The notes under the pieces were generated by a model. It was given only the letters and a program-made list of their open reading frames with translations. It was not told the origin of the DNA and did not search any database. Positions 38,155 through 51,800 of a stretch of 64,000 nucleotides of DNA are shown in pieces (the first letter of the stretch is position 1; every line of letters begins with the position of its first letter). A program made the position numbers and the translations under genes. Source of the DNA: Lama guanicoe (Eukaryota); contig MU054220.1 of NCBI GenBank assembly GCA_013239625.1, forward strand, positions 2,355,374 to 2,419,373, written 5' to 3'.

Positions 38155-41100
38155 GTAAGTATATACTCAGCTTGCTTTATTCCCTCTCCTTCTGAGCTGT
38201 GAGTGCTTCTAAGTTGGCCACCGTCTGAGAAACAGTGGTTGACATTCTTGCTTCAAATCCCTAAGTTGTTATTTATGAGTGATAGGGTGGGGTGAGGGAC
38301 AGAGGGTTAATGCCCAGGGAACTCCCACCTCTGGCAGTTGCATTGCTGATTCACAGGAGCCTGTGGGAAGAGACAGCCCATTGGGCCCCAGGCCAGGCTG
38401 GGAGAAGATGGCCGCTGCTCTTTCAGCAACATTTTTATTTTCCTTTTGCATGAACGGTGACTGTGGAAAGCTTCTTGTGGATTGTATTCACAACATCAGG
38501 GAGGCAGGAGGGTTGGTGTTTTTTCTTTTAAGCAGGGTAGATCTAGAGATTAAAAATTAAAAAAATACTCAGATTTCCCTAGAAGACATTTTCTTAGTAC
38601 CCTTGACTGTACTGGTTTTCTGAGGTCCTACCCCCTTGCCTAAACATTCTCAGTTTCCTTCCACCACCCCAAGTAAGGATCCTTTGGAAGTTGCCTGTCA
38701 AATTAATGTGATGGGTTGGGAAGTGATTCCTTGCTCTTCTAGTCTCTTTACATGGTTGGTTGGGGTACAGGGGTGAGCTAGCAGAGTAGCATCAGCCCCA
38801 GGCTCCAGGATTCAAGCTCCCCAGTCTTCCTGCTGAGTTTTGCATTCTCTGACCTACTGCTCCTGACCTTTATGGTCATTCACTGTGTTTCTTTCTATCC
38901 TGTAGCTGTGCTTTCCTGGCTTGTATCAAATTGGACATTTGGCTCTTGTTTTGATTTCTATATTTTGATATTCTCAAACATGCAAAACAAGAAAGAGAGA
39001 AAGATGGTTAAGCATTTTTTCCCCCTATCTTTTTTGCTAGCAGTACTGGAATAAGACAGCCTGTCAGTCATCATCCTTTTTTCCCCCTTCATCTTGACAT
39101 GGCCTGGTCGGTCTGGGATCTTAAGACTTCCTGCCTCCCTTCTACCTCCCTCTTTCGTGAGCTGAATGGATAGTTCCTGCAATAGCGCTTTATGAAGTGT
39201 TTGAGAAATATCTTTGCCAGAGAGGACTCAGAAGGTGGGAACACCCTTTGTACCAATTTGCCTTCCTGATACAATCCTTAAACACACTAGAGTTGTGCTT
39301 TGGAAGCAGAAGGAAGACTAAATGGGAGGTTCATTTGTCTGAGGAAGATGTAAATGTGAAAGAAATGGAGAGATGCCCTGAAACAGCTGTGCTCTGGCAA
39401 ACGGAGCAGGGGTAATGGTGGTCTTCCATTACCAATGGGGGAGAAGGGCCCAGCTGACCCGTGTCCCTTAAGTCCCTGCTGGGGGAACATAGGTGTATAC
39501 ACGGTAGTGAAGGGAGCCTTAGCCTGGCAGACACCTGTAGGGAAATATATCCCCCTGTAGATAATGATTATTTTTCCAGCACCGAGGTCTATTCGGGGAA
39601 GCAGTTTCAATGCACAGTGCCGAGGCTGCTGGGACTTAATGCTGCTGAAAAGCCTCAGTAATCCTGTGGAGTGCTGGGAGTCAGTACAGATCACATAGCC
39701 CTCTCTCCACGCACGTTTGGAAGGCTGTGTTATCTCTGTGCAGTGGTGAAACGTGGGGCTCATGCCTTTGAGCTGTATCTTGCCTCGTGACTTGTCCTTC
39801 ACAATGGAGTTCTGGATTAGTTTAAAATGTTCTGTTCTCATCTTACCTTCTCTTTCTTCTGTTACCACCTCCTCCCTTTCCCCTTCCTTCCCCCTCGATT
39901 TTCCTGTGTCAGACTGCCTCCTCCTTGTGCTCCCCACAGCCCACCTGTGCTCGCACCTCCCCCTGGCTTCAGCACGACCTGAATTTACATTCCCTTCTTC
40001 ACCTTTCATGCACTGACTTACAATTGTTTTTTCCCTTGGGCTCGCGTATTGCTCCCTGGTTAGTAACAATGGGCTGGTTTCTCTAATGCCCCTACAAAAG
40101 TCCCTCCCCTGGTGTTTGCCTTTCTTTTTCAGCTGATACAGACTATAATCTTGTTTTTAATAGCAGCTGTGGATTAGTCACCTCAATATTAGCAGTCCAG
40201 GTCTTCTAGTGAAGGATGTTGCTGCTGCCTGGTTGATGCTGAGTTACTATCTGTTCATTCTTTCTTTGTCTCTTTCCCTGCCCTCCCTCGCCTACTGTAA
40301 ACTGAGGGCTGCTTGTGTTTGCTCCTCTTAATTTCTGGGTGCTCTGAGGAAGGAGAAAGTGAGAAATTAGGGAATGTACCAACCCATTTTAATTTCTCTG
40401 CCCCAGTTATTTTCCTTAGCTTTAATAACTAGAAGGAAAGCCACAGTCATAATTTATAGTTCTTTCAGGTACAGAGAAGCAGATAAGTTAGATATGGCCT
40501 GGAATCCTCCTGACACTTAGAGTACCATTGAGAGAGACTGTTCTTCAACTGGGTTTCCTCATCTTCATAGCACAGCATGTCCCTGCTTTTGCCACCTTGC
40601 TTCAGCCTTGCCACTCTCCTTCCATTTGTCAAGTCATAGATCATTTTGCCATTCTCTAGCTTTTCCATGCCAGGTGTATAGGGAAATATACACCCCAGAA
40701 AATAAAGAGAGCCATCACCCAGTTCCCATCTTTTTTGGTTGTCTTCCATCATCCACTGAATGAAAGGTATCAGCTATCATTTTTCATGTATACTAATTTA
40801 TAACATACAAAACATTTGTAGTATATATAAATACATTAATATGCACATATATTTTCAAATCTTGTTTACTTTTTGTAATAACCCAGTGAGATAGTTGTTT
40901 ATCCCATTGTGGTATTTTTTTAAAAATAAAGATACTGAAGCTTGACTGAAATCAGACATGTCTAAGATGAGAGATCAGGAGCAGGCATATTTAGTGTCTG
41001 ACTTTATTGTCCTGTCTTGATTTAAAAACCTTTAAAAATGATGTACAACCATATTTGAGCCCTTGTTCCTTGTGGAACAAGACTTCTCTAGATTTATTGC

Positions 41101-42899
41101 TAGGAAAGATAGCTTTGAAGGTTGGTCAGCATCAGGTTGAATTTTCTATTCTTTTGTAGTCTGGATTAATGACCATCTTCCCAGGCTGGCATCTTCTCCT
41201 GCCGTTCGTCTCTGTCTGCAGCAGGGATTGAGACTGCAGGATCCCTGTGTTTATCAAAATGCACAAACAGGACATCCAGAAACCTGCTGTCAGCAGGTCT
41301 GTCCTGAAGCCCTCAGAATCTGTCTTTGCATAAAGATGTTCACAAGCAGGGTAAAGGTGTGGCTGCCCCTGACCTTGCTGTCTGCCTGCTTTTGAGCTCA
41401 GGCCACTTGCTAGAATGTAGATGGCAAATAAGCATAAGGAAAACTCACATTTTCATTTTCACCATTCCTTTGGAAAGCAGGAGTGGAGGGTTATGAAGCC
41501 CAAGTGGAGTGCTGTGTTCTGGTAGTTCCATGACCTGCATGCACCTTTATGACTATTGTTCTAGCAATCCTCACCCCCTTCCTCATTTTATCTGTTGTTC
41601 TAAATGTTACGATCTCAGAATCATCTCTAGTTCATCTTCTTGCCTCTTTTTGTAACTGCTTTGCTTCTCAAGGCAAGGATACCTTGAGCTAATGATAGTC
41701 AGAACTAGAGAAGCTTCAGATTAGATCAGTCACAAATATCTCCACCACTAGGTAATTATATTCAACTTCTTAAAAAATCTTGTTAGCACAGAGAGAACAA
41801 GTCTTTCATTCACAGTTGTGACACTGGGCTGCATTTGAAAAAAATACATCAGTGAGAATTCTAGTCTTTCAGCCTCTTAAGTCTGTTAGCTTAATTTTTT
41901 AAATTGTAATTTATCTGGTTGTGTTTGGGTTCCTTTTACCCAGAAATCTATATTGTGGCCAAGTATGCAAATACATTTCATTGTGAGTATGAGAGTCATT
42001 GCTGGGTGTCCGAGAAGGGTTCTGATTTTTTAGTTTGACATGAAACTTTCTAGCAGTACTACATACTCATGCGTGGCGGGGCCTTCACCAGAAAGATCTT
42101 CTCCTTTCATGGTCCCCTTGCTAGACACCTTCTATCAAGGAAGTCATTAAAAGCTCTTCTTGGTATATATAATGTAGCTGAGAAGAGTTCTGAAATCTGT
42201 CATTCGGCTCTGCCACCTGATTGGCTATGCCATAGAAGTTGCTTGCCTTTAGAGTTCAGAACTTAATATTCTTCATCTGCCCTTTTGCCACGGCTGAAAT
42301 TTGGTTGAATCACACAAAGAAAATATGTTAGAAACCCGATAAAACTACTCTTATCTTGTCTTTAGGTGAAATCCTGACAGCTTTGTGAGACTCATATAAT
42401 TTTGCCATGTCCTTGGGGCTAGAAATTCCAGTGGAGTGAAGCCATATGTCCTTGGTAGTATTGGCTCCTGCTCTCTCTTCTGTGCCCCAAATTTCCAGGA
42501 CTCCTGTGGGAGTCACTGAATACTAATAACAAACACATAACTTGTAGCCAAGAAAAGAAAGGGTAGATCTTCAGAGAGGGATGTTGTCTACTTCATTTTG
42601 AAGTGAGGTTCCCTTTGTCTCTTCCTTTTACTTTCAAACCATAAACTCTTTGATGTTAGAAGTGCAAGAGAAACTATAAGGAAACACATTATAAAGTGAT
42701 TATTCTCTTTACAGACTGGAACCTGCCAAAACATCAAGAATCAGGCAACCAACTATAGTTATTGAGTGGTGGTGTTGTACAGAAGTAGTTCTTAAAGTGG
42801 GATGAGATAAGAAACTGTTCACTTCCTTTTTACCAGAGTTTTAAGTCATTTTATTTAATTGATTTTTGTAGTGGTGGATTGTTTTTACAAGGTGGGTTT

Positions 42900-43720
42900 A
42901 TAAAAGAGAAAGGATAGATCTTAAAATAGGGCTTTTCTCCAGGTATACGTAGAAGAAAGGCAAATAAATACACAGTCATAGAAACATGAAACAGTATGGA
43001 GTGTGTCAGGAATTCCCTTGTTGGCAAGTAGGGCCAGGCTGTGAAGTCCAAGACATGTGGCAGGAGATGAGCCCTGAGAGTGAGAGTAGGACCAGGTCTT
43101 GGAGAGTCTTGTGTGCCTTGCAGAGGAGGTGAACTTTATCCTGTAGATGAGAGGGACTCATTGGAGAGCTTTAAGTTATGGAATAACGTGATCAGATTTT
43201 TGCATAGTAGCTTACAAGATAGACTGTAATAAGTTACCACTAAAGTACAGGGCAGCATTGTATGGAGGGAGAGAGTACTTGGGGAGATGTGACAAGGCTT
43301 CATGGATTTCATCTGGGTGTGAAGACGGCCTAGGAGTTTGATGAATTGATAAAGAGGATGGGGGCAGGGAAGGAGACTAGACAAAGGGAGTAGCTTAAGC
43401 AAAAGCCCAGACACAGAAGATTTACAGGGTTTATTCCGAGACCCTGCATAGATCTGTGGCTAGAGCTCTGGAGTGTTTGTAATTTGAGACAGAAGGTCAG
43501 AAAGACATGGACTATGGAGGGCCTGGAATGGCTGGCTGAGAAGTTTTGACCTTATTTTTATTTAGGGGCAGCCATTGTTCACCATGTATTTTAGGCAGTG
43601 AATTCTGACAGCATTGGTTAGGCAAGTGGCAAGTATATGGATTCAGGAAAACCAGTGAGAAAGCAGTGGGCGAAATACACGTGAGAACATGTGAGGACTG
43701 AATGTTAAGTGATGGATATA
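42900..43720 (-). mobile_element. degenerate L2 fragments
   Basis: gaactttatcctgtagatgagagggactcattggagagctttaag...gtgatcagattt. Confidence 0.5.
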
Positions 43721-46680
43721 AGAGGCCTTGGTGTTTTCTTAGAGTGGGGCCTGTTTGTGAATGTTCCTGGGGGAATGAGCTGCTTGTGAGCTCAGCTGTC
43801 TCACTTCCTACTTCTCCGAATAAAATATTGCCCAAGTCCTTTTTTACTCTTGCTGGAACCGATTTTGAACTAAGTTTGTAAAGGAGCAGGTGACTCCCAG
43901 AACAGCTGTGATTGGAACTGGGCTCTCTTGCCAGTGTCCGCTGGCCCCGATAGCCTGACACCTATTGTCTAGTGAATAGCCCTGGGTTCTAGTTTTGGCT
44001 GAGCCTCATATCTGTCATTTGATCTTAGGCAAGTCCCTCTCCTACCCTAGGCCTCTATGTCTGATCTGTAAAATTAGATTAGATAATCTCTGAGGTTTAT
44101 TTTAGCCGTAAAGCTCTAGGATCTTTGTTGGAGCTAACTATCTTAAAAAATTTCCCCTTGTACTCAGCAGAGATAGAATAACAAAATCTCAGAAAAGTGA
44201 GGAGACTTCTTGAGGATTAGGAATAGGATACCTGGTACCTGTGGGGACCCAATATATTTATAAAATATGTGCTTACTGGAATTCTAACTCTTTACTGAAG
44301 ATTTTGAGTTTATTGCTTAGAAGTATATAATATTGCTTGGCAGCTTTAGAATTCGTATTCTTTCTGGGCAAGTAAGATACATATGAATATTTATTATGAG
44401 GAATGCTAGAAGAAGAGAAAGAAACTGGAATATGTCTGGATTTAAAGCATTAAACAGCCATGAGAGAAGAGAGGGGAAGGAGGACATAACTGTCACTCAG
44501 AGATACATATTTATTTTTTAACATAAAATGCACAATAGCCATACAGATTTGCATAATGTATACAGATAAAATTAAGGGGAGAATAAGAGAAGAGCGGAGT
44601 TTGTGTAAGTGGTAATTATCTGTTATATTGCTGTTCCTTGGAGAAAAATGAAGGCTCTGTAGTTCCAAGAGACCTATGCTATTAGGAATCCCCTGTGAGT
44701 GATATCACCTGGGCCTGGGCCTTCCTCCCAGGAACTGAAGCTCTGACACACATGCACAGTCCTTTGAAGTAAAGACTAGAGACCAGGGCCTTACTGATAG
44801 CACCCAAGTAAGGAAAGGACTTGGCCAGGATCACTGTGCCATCCGGGGACAGGAATACCAGCTAGGCCTTCTAGCATCTGGAGATTGAGTAGAAACAGAA
44901 GAGCCCAGGGAAAGAAGTGTTTTTTTCATGATCTAGTTTTCAGCAAAGCCAACTGTGTATTGTCAAGAGGACAATGACATTTTGAGCTTTTTGCTGCCGT
45001 AGCTTCATTTATAAAGTCAGAGTCAGAGCCGTTTGTCGCTGAGTAGTAAAGGCAACTTGACTGTCTGGTCAGGACACACACAGCAGTCTGTAGGTGTATT
45101 TTCCATTCCTTTAAATTACAGCCTCTCCATGAGGCAATTAATCCCAGGCATTTAGCAAGAGTAGCTGCTGTGTTTCTCCCTTGTTCCAGAGATGCATTTT
45201 CTTGTATTCGACACTTGTCTTGGTTGCTTGATTGTTTGAAGGGTGTTTTTTCCTTATAAAATCTTTTGTAAGAAAGTCTTATTTTTTTCCTTCTCCTTCC
45301 CAAATACCCCTCTGAGAGTTAATCAGAGATTCACAGAGTTCAACAACTGGGAAAGCCATTAATAACTCAGCCAGCTTCTATCCTGCTGGCTTGAAGGCAG
45401 CTTCTGGCTGATGAAATTGATGAGGAATTCTCTGGTGTTTCCCTGAAAAGTATTCTGGTGAGAACAAGTCCTCCTGTGATGAAGGAACAGAACTAGCATA
45501 TCTACATGTTGAGTCCCCCCTTGAAAAGGGCACAGGCTATGTTATGTTGGGCCCCAGTATTTAGTACCCTTCACTATTCCTAAGGTAAACGGTCTCTCTC
45601 GGTCCGTGTTTCTCCCACGGTTCATCTGGCAGACACCTTCCAGTCTTCAGTCTCTCCCTAAATCGCCTCCTTCATCTCGTGGAGCCTTGCTTCATGCTGA
45701 TCTTACATCAGCACTGAAATGAGTGACAGTCTGTAGTGTTCTGAATTGAACATTATTTTAAGTCTTTTAATTTCTTTGCCCTTTTCTTGAAACTCTTACC
45801 ACTCTTCCTCTCCCCTTATTCCTATCGCTTTCCCTGCCCTTGCAAATATCCTTCACATTGAAACTTGTTTCCCCATCTTGGTTGTCTTTTGAATCCTCCC
45901 TTCTTTCTAGACTATAGAGTCTAGAGTCATTAGTTGCTCTTTTCTAAACCTCTAGTTTATTCAGAGCTGTGCCATTAGTCAGGGACTTTGCTGGTATCTG
46001 AGCCAGCTGATTTCGTTCTTACTTTCCTGTATGTAAATCCTCCAGTAATCTCTAAATAATATAAAGCCATTATCTCTGACCATGTTTTGCCCTCTCCCTC
46101 CCTTTTTATTAAAATGGAAGGAGAAATTGAATCAGAAAGAAGTTAATTGTTTTTAGGTTTTAATAACAATGAAAAGAAGCTTGTGAAATATGTCATAGGA
46201 ACCTAGATTCCCCCCAGGCCTGGTGGTTGTCCATTTTTCTAAGTTGTCTTCATATGTCCTTTCACCCTGCTCTGTGTCATGTTTGGGTGGGCAGCTGCTG
46301 ACCAGTCTGTCCAGTGTACTCCCCTCTCCTTCCCTACGCTTCAACTCTGTTAATGCCAGAGTACTGTTTGTTGTGCAGGGGGAAAGGGCTCTTCCGCCCT
46401 TGCAGAAGCAAATTGTCAGCTCCACATTATGATTCTGGAAAGGCCAGCTTTCTCTTATAGCTATAGAATAAAGTAATTGGACTTGTCCCATGATACTTCT
46501 TTCTATAACTTAATTTTCAGCTGTTTTGAGGCTTTAGAACCCTTTTTTTCCCCCTTAGGGCCCCTTTTAACTTCAAAATATTTTTAAACTCCTGTCATGA
46601 TAATTAGTTGTATTTTTGGTACCCATCAGTAAGTAAAATACGCTATTATGAAAAGCTATCATGAATTCACTCATGCTTTT

Positions 46681-47669
46681 TTTTGTATATATATTTTTAG
46701 TGAAGTATATAGTCAGTTTACAATATTGTGTCAATTTCTGGTGTATGTCATAATGCTTTAATTGTACATGAACATACGTATGTTCATTTTCATATTCTTT
46801 TTCACCATACGTTACTACAAGATATTGAATATAATTCCCTGTGCTATACAGTATGAACTTGTTATTTATCTATTTTATATGTATTAGTTAGTATCTGCAA
46901 ATCTCCAACTCCCAGTTTATCCCTTCCCACTCCCTTCCCCCTCTGGTAACCATAAGTTTGTTTTCTATGTGTGTGAGTCTGTTTCTGTTTTATAAATAAG
47001 TGTTTGTCTTTTTTTTTTAATTCCACATATAAGTGATATGTGGTATTTTTTTTCTCTTTCTGGCTTACTTCACTTAGAATGACAATCTCTAGGTTCATCC
47101 ATGTTGTTGTAAATGGCATTATTTTATTCTTAGCTATTGTAAATAGTGCTGCTATGAACATTGGGGTGCTTGTATCTTTTTGAATTAAGATTCCCTCTTG
47201 ATATATGCCCAGGAGTGGGATTGCTGGATCATATGGTAAGTCCATTTTTCATCTTTTGAGGAATCTGCATACTGGTTTCCATAGTGGCTGCACCAGGCTA
47301 CATTCCCACCAGCAGTGTAGGAGGGTTCCTTTTTCTCCACACCATCTTCAGCATTTATCGTTTGTGGACTTTCAAATGATGGCCATTCTGACTGGAATGA
47401 GGTAATACCTCATTCTAGTTTTGATTTGCATTTCTCTGATAATTAGCAATATAGAGCATTTTTTCTTGTGCCTATTGGCCATTTTTATGTCTTCACTGGA
47501 GAATTGCTGGTTTAGATCTGCCCATTTTTGGATTCGGTTGTTTGTTTTTTTATTACTAAGTTGTATGAGCTGTTTAAATGTTATGGAAATTAAGCCCTTG
47601 TCAGTCTTATCTTTTGCAAATATTTTCTCCCATTCTGTAGATTGTCTTTTTGTTTTGCTTATGGTTTCA
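46681..47669 (-). mobile_element. 5'-truncated lineage-specific L1
   Basis: ORF2 C-terminal peptides [30 protein letters not shown]; poly-T; degenerate TSD gaattcact(c/t)at(g/a)ctttt at 46663 and 47670. Confidence 0.93.
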
Positions 47670-48414
47670 GAATTCACTTATACTTTTAACTTAACTGGGT
47701 ACTTGGGTCACAACTTGATCTACATGTGTTTGAAAAATAAAAATATACTTAATTTGAGAGCTGTCTTATTTGTTTGATACTCAGCTACTCCTTGTGTACA
47801 TGTGGCTACTAAGACCTTGCAATAATTTGTGGGTTCCCTGGAGCTGCAGTCTACTGGTCAGGGACTTCTGATCTTGTTGTTCTTTTTAATACCCTTTTCA
47901 CTTTCCATATGGCATTATCTCTCTTCCCGTGCGTCTCCCTTCATCTGTAGTTTCAAGTCAAAGAAATATGTTATGTTAAAGAAAACAATAATATGCTTTC
48001 TCTTCTGGGAAGATAAAAGCCAAGTCCTGACTTTTTATAGATCAGCTTCCAATATCCTTGATATTGATTTGTCTCTAAATGCTTAGCATCCAGTTCCACA
48101 AAGATATAAAGACCTTCCTAGGCATTCATTTCTGGTTTGTAAGGCTCCCGGTGGTGCATTTGAAAGCCAAACTGTTGCCTTGACTTTGGTTCCAGGGCTG
48201 ATTTGAAGATTATCTCATTAAGTTGAACATAATCCAAAGGGAGAATTCAGAAAATACCCCAAATTATGCCCTCAAGAGGTTCATTTATTTTGTGGAGTTG
48301 GTTAAGCAGCTAATTAACTGCTCTGTCCAGCCAGGTGCCCTTTGGCTTATTGTTCCTTCGATGCGTTGGAAACGAAGCCACGTGAAGTTTCTGTCTTCTC
48401 TTTTCTTGTAGGAA

Positions 48415-48570
48415 GCAGTGAAGTGTAAAGAAAAGAGCAAAGGCTTCAGCGTTAGATAGATCTTCCTTGAATCCTGCCTCCACCACTTACTAGTTGTGTG
48501 ACCTTGGGCATTTGCCTCTCCAGTTGTATTAGAACTTAGTAGATATTTAATAAATGGAATAAATGGTGTT
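48415..48570 (+). mobile_element. MIR SINE fragment
   Basis: ttgaatcctgcctccaccacttactagttgtgtgaccttgggca. Confidence 0.7.
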
Positions 48571-49195
48571 TATTACTATTATTTTAACAGACCATAAAGA
48601 AAACACTAGACTCTTTTCTTTACTCAGATGACTTGGCCTAGGATTGCTTTATCTAATAATCTTCATCATTGCCAATTTTTCAGTCTCCAAAAAGGGGCTG
48701 CATAGTCTTTTTCTCATGTTGTTTTTCTTTCACTTATCAATGATTTTTCCACACCATGGACCTGCATAGATTTATTTAAAGATAACCATTTGTTGAATGA
48801 AAGATGGGGGAATTTTTCTTCTTTCAAGATCCCCCAAAGCCAAAGTTTCCCTGTATCTTTCAATCTAGAAAAAGTTTATATATCCTTTCCAAATCCCTTA
48901 GACGATCTAAACTTGGCTTCAGTTTCAGATGCTGCAGAGTTCAAAGACCACATTAACTCAAGAAAAATCTTCCTTCTTACTGAACTGTTAGTAAATGCTC
49001 ATAAATCTTTTAATTGAGGTACTCCAGAAATGTAGTATTAGTGTGCCACCCAAATTAGTAAGCAACCAGATGGCTGATTTCCCTGGGGCCTTCACCTAAG
49101 TGTAAGGATTTAGTTTGAGGGGTGTCTGTCTTTTGGGCTGGTGTCTGATTCTCTTTTAGTGACTCTCTTATGTGTAGTCTTTTTGTTTCCTCCAG

Positions 49196-49276
49196 GGACA
49201 ATGGTGACAGATCCAGGCATCGAGCTCCACGAAATGCCCGAATGTCAGCACCTTCACTTGGACGCTTTGTCCCAAG
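49196..49276 (+). CDS. AMBRA1: AMBRA1 exon 10 (81 nt)
   Basis: cctccag| [26 protein letters not shown](R) |gtaaga. Confidence 0.96.
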
Positions 49277-49687
49277 GTAAGAACTGGGTAGTCAGCTTTT
49301 CTGAGGGAGCCCTTATGAGAGCCTGGGATTTTTAAACCTACTTTCTGGTCTTTGGATTGTCCATCATCTGGAAGTATTTCCTAGTGAGCCTACAGTACAG
49401 CTCTGCCACCTCAAGACTTGATAGAAGATAACAATAAAAAGACATAGAAAAGTGGCATTGGGAGCATCCTGTTCAAGAACAGAAGCCCTGGGAAACTGTA
49501 GAAAAAAGATCAGGAAAAAGAGACAGATGTGTGAAAGGACAAACCTTAGGAATTTTTACTCTGCCTCTCTGGATTCCTAGGCTTAGTCGATCCCTTATCT
49601 TTGATTGTTGAGGGTTGGTAGATAGTATATCTCCTTTGTTTTATGGTAGTCTTTAGTAGGCTTTTAACATGTGATTCTTTCCTGTAG

Positions 49688-49788
49688 GCGTTTCTTGCTG
49701 CCTGAGTACTTGCCTTATGCTGGGATTTTTCACGAACGTGGACAGCCTGGTCTGGCTACTCATTCTTCTGTTAACAGGGTCCTGGCAG
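49688..49788 (+). CDS. AMBRA1: AMBRA1 exon 11 (101 nt); gene continues beyond window
   Basis: cctgtag| [33 protein letters not shown](G) |gtaagg; I found no further AMBRA1 exon up to 64000. Confidence 0.96.
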
Positions 49789-51589
49789 GTAAGGAAATTT
49801 TTCTTTGGACTTTGAAAATTTCAAGGGGCAGGGAGCAAGTAAAAAGCTTTCCCCTCCTTTACCTATGTTCATGGTATCTTGGGATTTGGCTGAAAACTCT
49901 TTTTTAAGGTCTGTACTCAGTTCCTTACTTCAAGGCAGGAAACTACAGGATTGAGGAAAGCTGGTTTTTTTTTTTTCCCATTCCACTTCCTTTAAATCTC
50001 TTTCTTGTTTTTTATTTGTTTAAACCATTTGTTCCTTAATTCAGCAAGTAGATTTTTTGAGTTGAATGATAAAGGTGTCTTGTCCATGTATCATTGGTGA
50101 GATACTCAAGAGCCAGATCCTGTGATTTAATTAGGAGCTTAACGCACACCTTTCCAACCGTTTGCTGCTGCCTGCGTATGGAGTTTCCAGGCCCTGTGAA
50201 ATCTTCAGAGGAAGGAGGAGGAGAGAGACCCACGGAGCTGGCTTAGAAATTTCCACAGAACAGAAAATGGGCTGGACAAAGCCCAGCCAAGGCAGTTTTG
50301 TGGTGGCTGAGTAACTTAGTGACCAATATTTTGGGGCTAATATGCATGATGTGACTGGGCCGAGACATAGTGTGTGCTGCTGCTTCTGGGCAATCTCTAG
50401 GGAAGGAAGCAAAGAAGATTCTTTTTCCTTTTTTTCTGACAAAGATTTTTCTCTCCCCCTCCCCCCTGCCACCCTCCACTGCCAACTTGTAAATTTATGT
50501 ATGTGAAGGCATTAAAAAGTATAAAAATCAAGCCACATTTTGGTGTATCTTTAATAAGTATCTTTATTTAAAAAATTCAAATGACATTATGTTTTGGGGA
50601 ATCTGGGCCATGTGGTGGTTAAAGGTAGAGAGGGATGTGTGAGGCGGTGGCTCTGTCAGGCTAGGGGAGTATGATTTCTGACCAGGCTGCTGTGACAGTT
50701 GGTAGGCCATGGGATCTGGCTTCTCCGTAGTAGTGGTATCCATGACCCACCATCAAGGCTGAGAAATCTCAGAAACCTCAATGGTTTCTTTGCCGGACAC
50801 CAGGATTTCTTAGGCCCAGGCTTGGTAGGGGAGTAGACTGCACCGTGGTGTTCTGATAGCCTCGACTGAGGGGGTTCTGGCCTTGGTTGGTAAACAGACC
50901 CCGGGCTCTGTGCCTCTCCGTGCTTGGCATGTCTGTGTGGCTTAGCTAATGGCCCGTGGAAGCTCCTCACGGCAGATAATCACTTGCTGCCAGACTATAC
51001 TACAGAGCTCTTTTCCACCCTTCTTTGTTCCAGACATCTGCCTCCACCACCCCACTCAGCAGCTTCTGCTCCTCCACTGCTGGGAAATCTCTTTCCTTGG
51101 CATTTAGTTTTTTGGAACAGCTGTATGTTGTGTTTTTGCCTCCTCTGATCTAATAACTCCTTACCTCCATTTCCTCTTCCTACTTTATGCCCAGAGGTCT
51201 GACCTCAAATGGCCCAATTTCACTTACAGATACCTTTGAATATAGTGGTTATGTTGCAGCAGAGCAGGCAGTTGTTTATAAATAAGAAACCTGCTGAGAA
51301 AAGTTCTCTAAAAAGGTTACAAAATACTTTGAGGGGAAGGAAATCTAGACTCTCAAGAAGCTTACTCTTTAGTTAGGTTAGTGGATAGTTTCCATTCACA
51401 TTTAAACTCATTTCTCCCATTTTTTCAAGATACGTGTTGCTGAGTGCCTGTTGGTCTTTTCTTAAACACCCTCATCATTTGTAGATATTTGGATATCCCT
51501 CCAGATTCTGGTGACAACTGTATTACTTTTTTTCTTCTCTTGAGAAAATTCCAGTCGTAATAATAACAGCACCTCCCAAAAGCTTAATG

Positions 51590-51800
51590 TTCATTGAACA
51601 TTTGCTGTATATGAGGGAGTGTTTTAAATACTTTTCCCAGTCATATTTCATTTCTTTCTCACATCTCACAATGAGATGGGTGCTATCATCTAATTAATGG
51701 TGGGGGAAACTGAAACACAGGAGGCTAACCTGCCCAGAGTGTTGGAGCTAGAAGCAGAGGAGCTAGAACTGAACCAGGTGGTGGGACTCCAGTTTCCTAG
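51590..51800 (-). mobile_element. MIR SINE
   Basis: gggaaactgaaacacaggaggctaacctgcccagag. Confidence 0.55.

Noticed and set aside
39287..40069. 260-aa minus-strand ORF
   Set aside because: Non-ATG start, no recognisable domain, and partly the antisense of a pyrimidine-rich tract. Probably a chance ORF; a BLAST or PhyloCSF signal would be needed.
46862..47777. ORFs of 100-127 aa
   Set aside because: Frameshifted L1 ORF2 remnants and their antisense, not genes.
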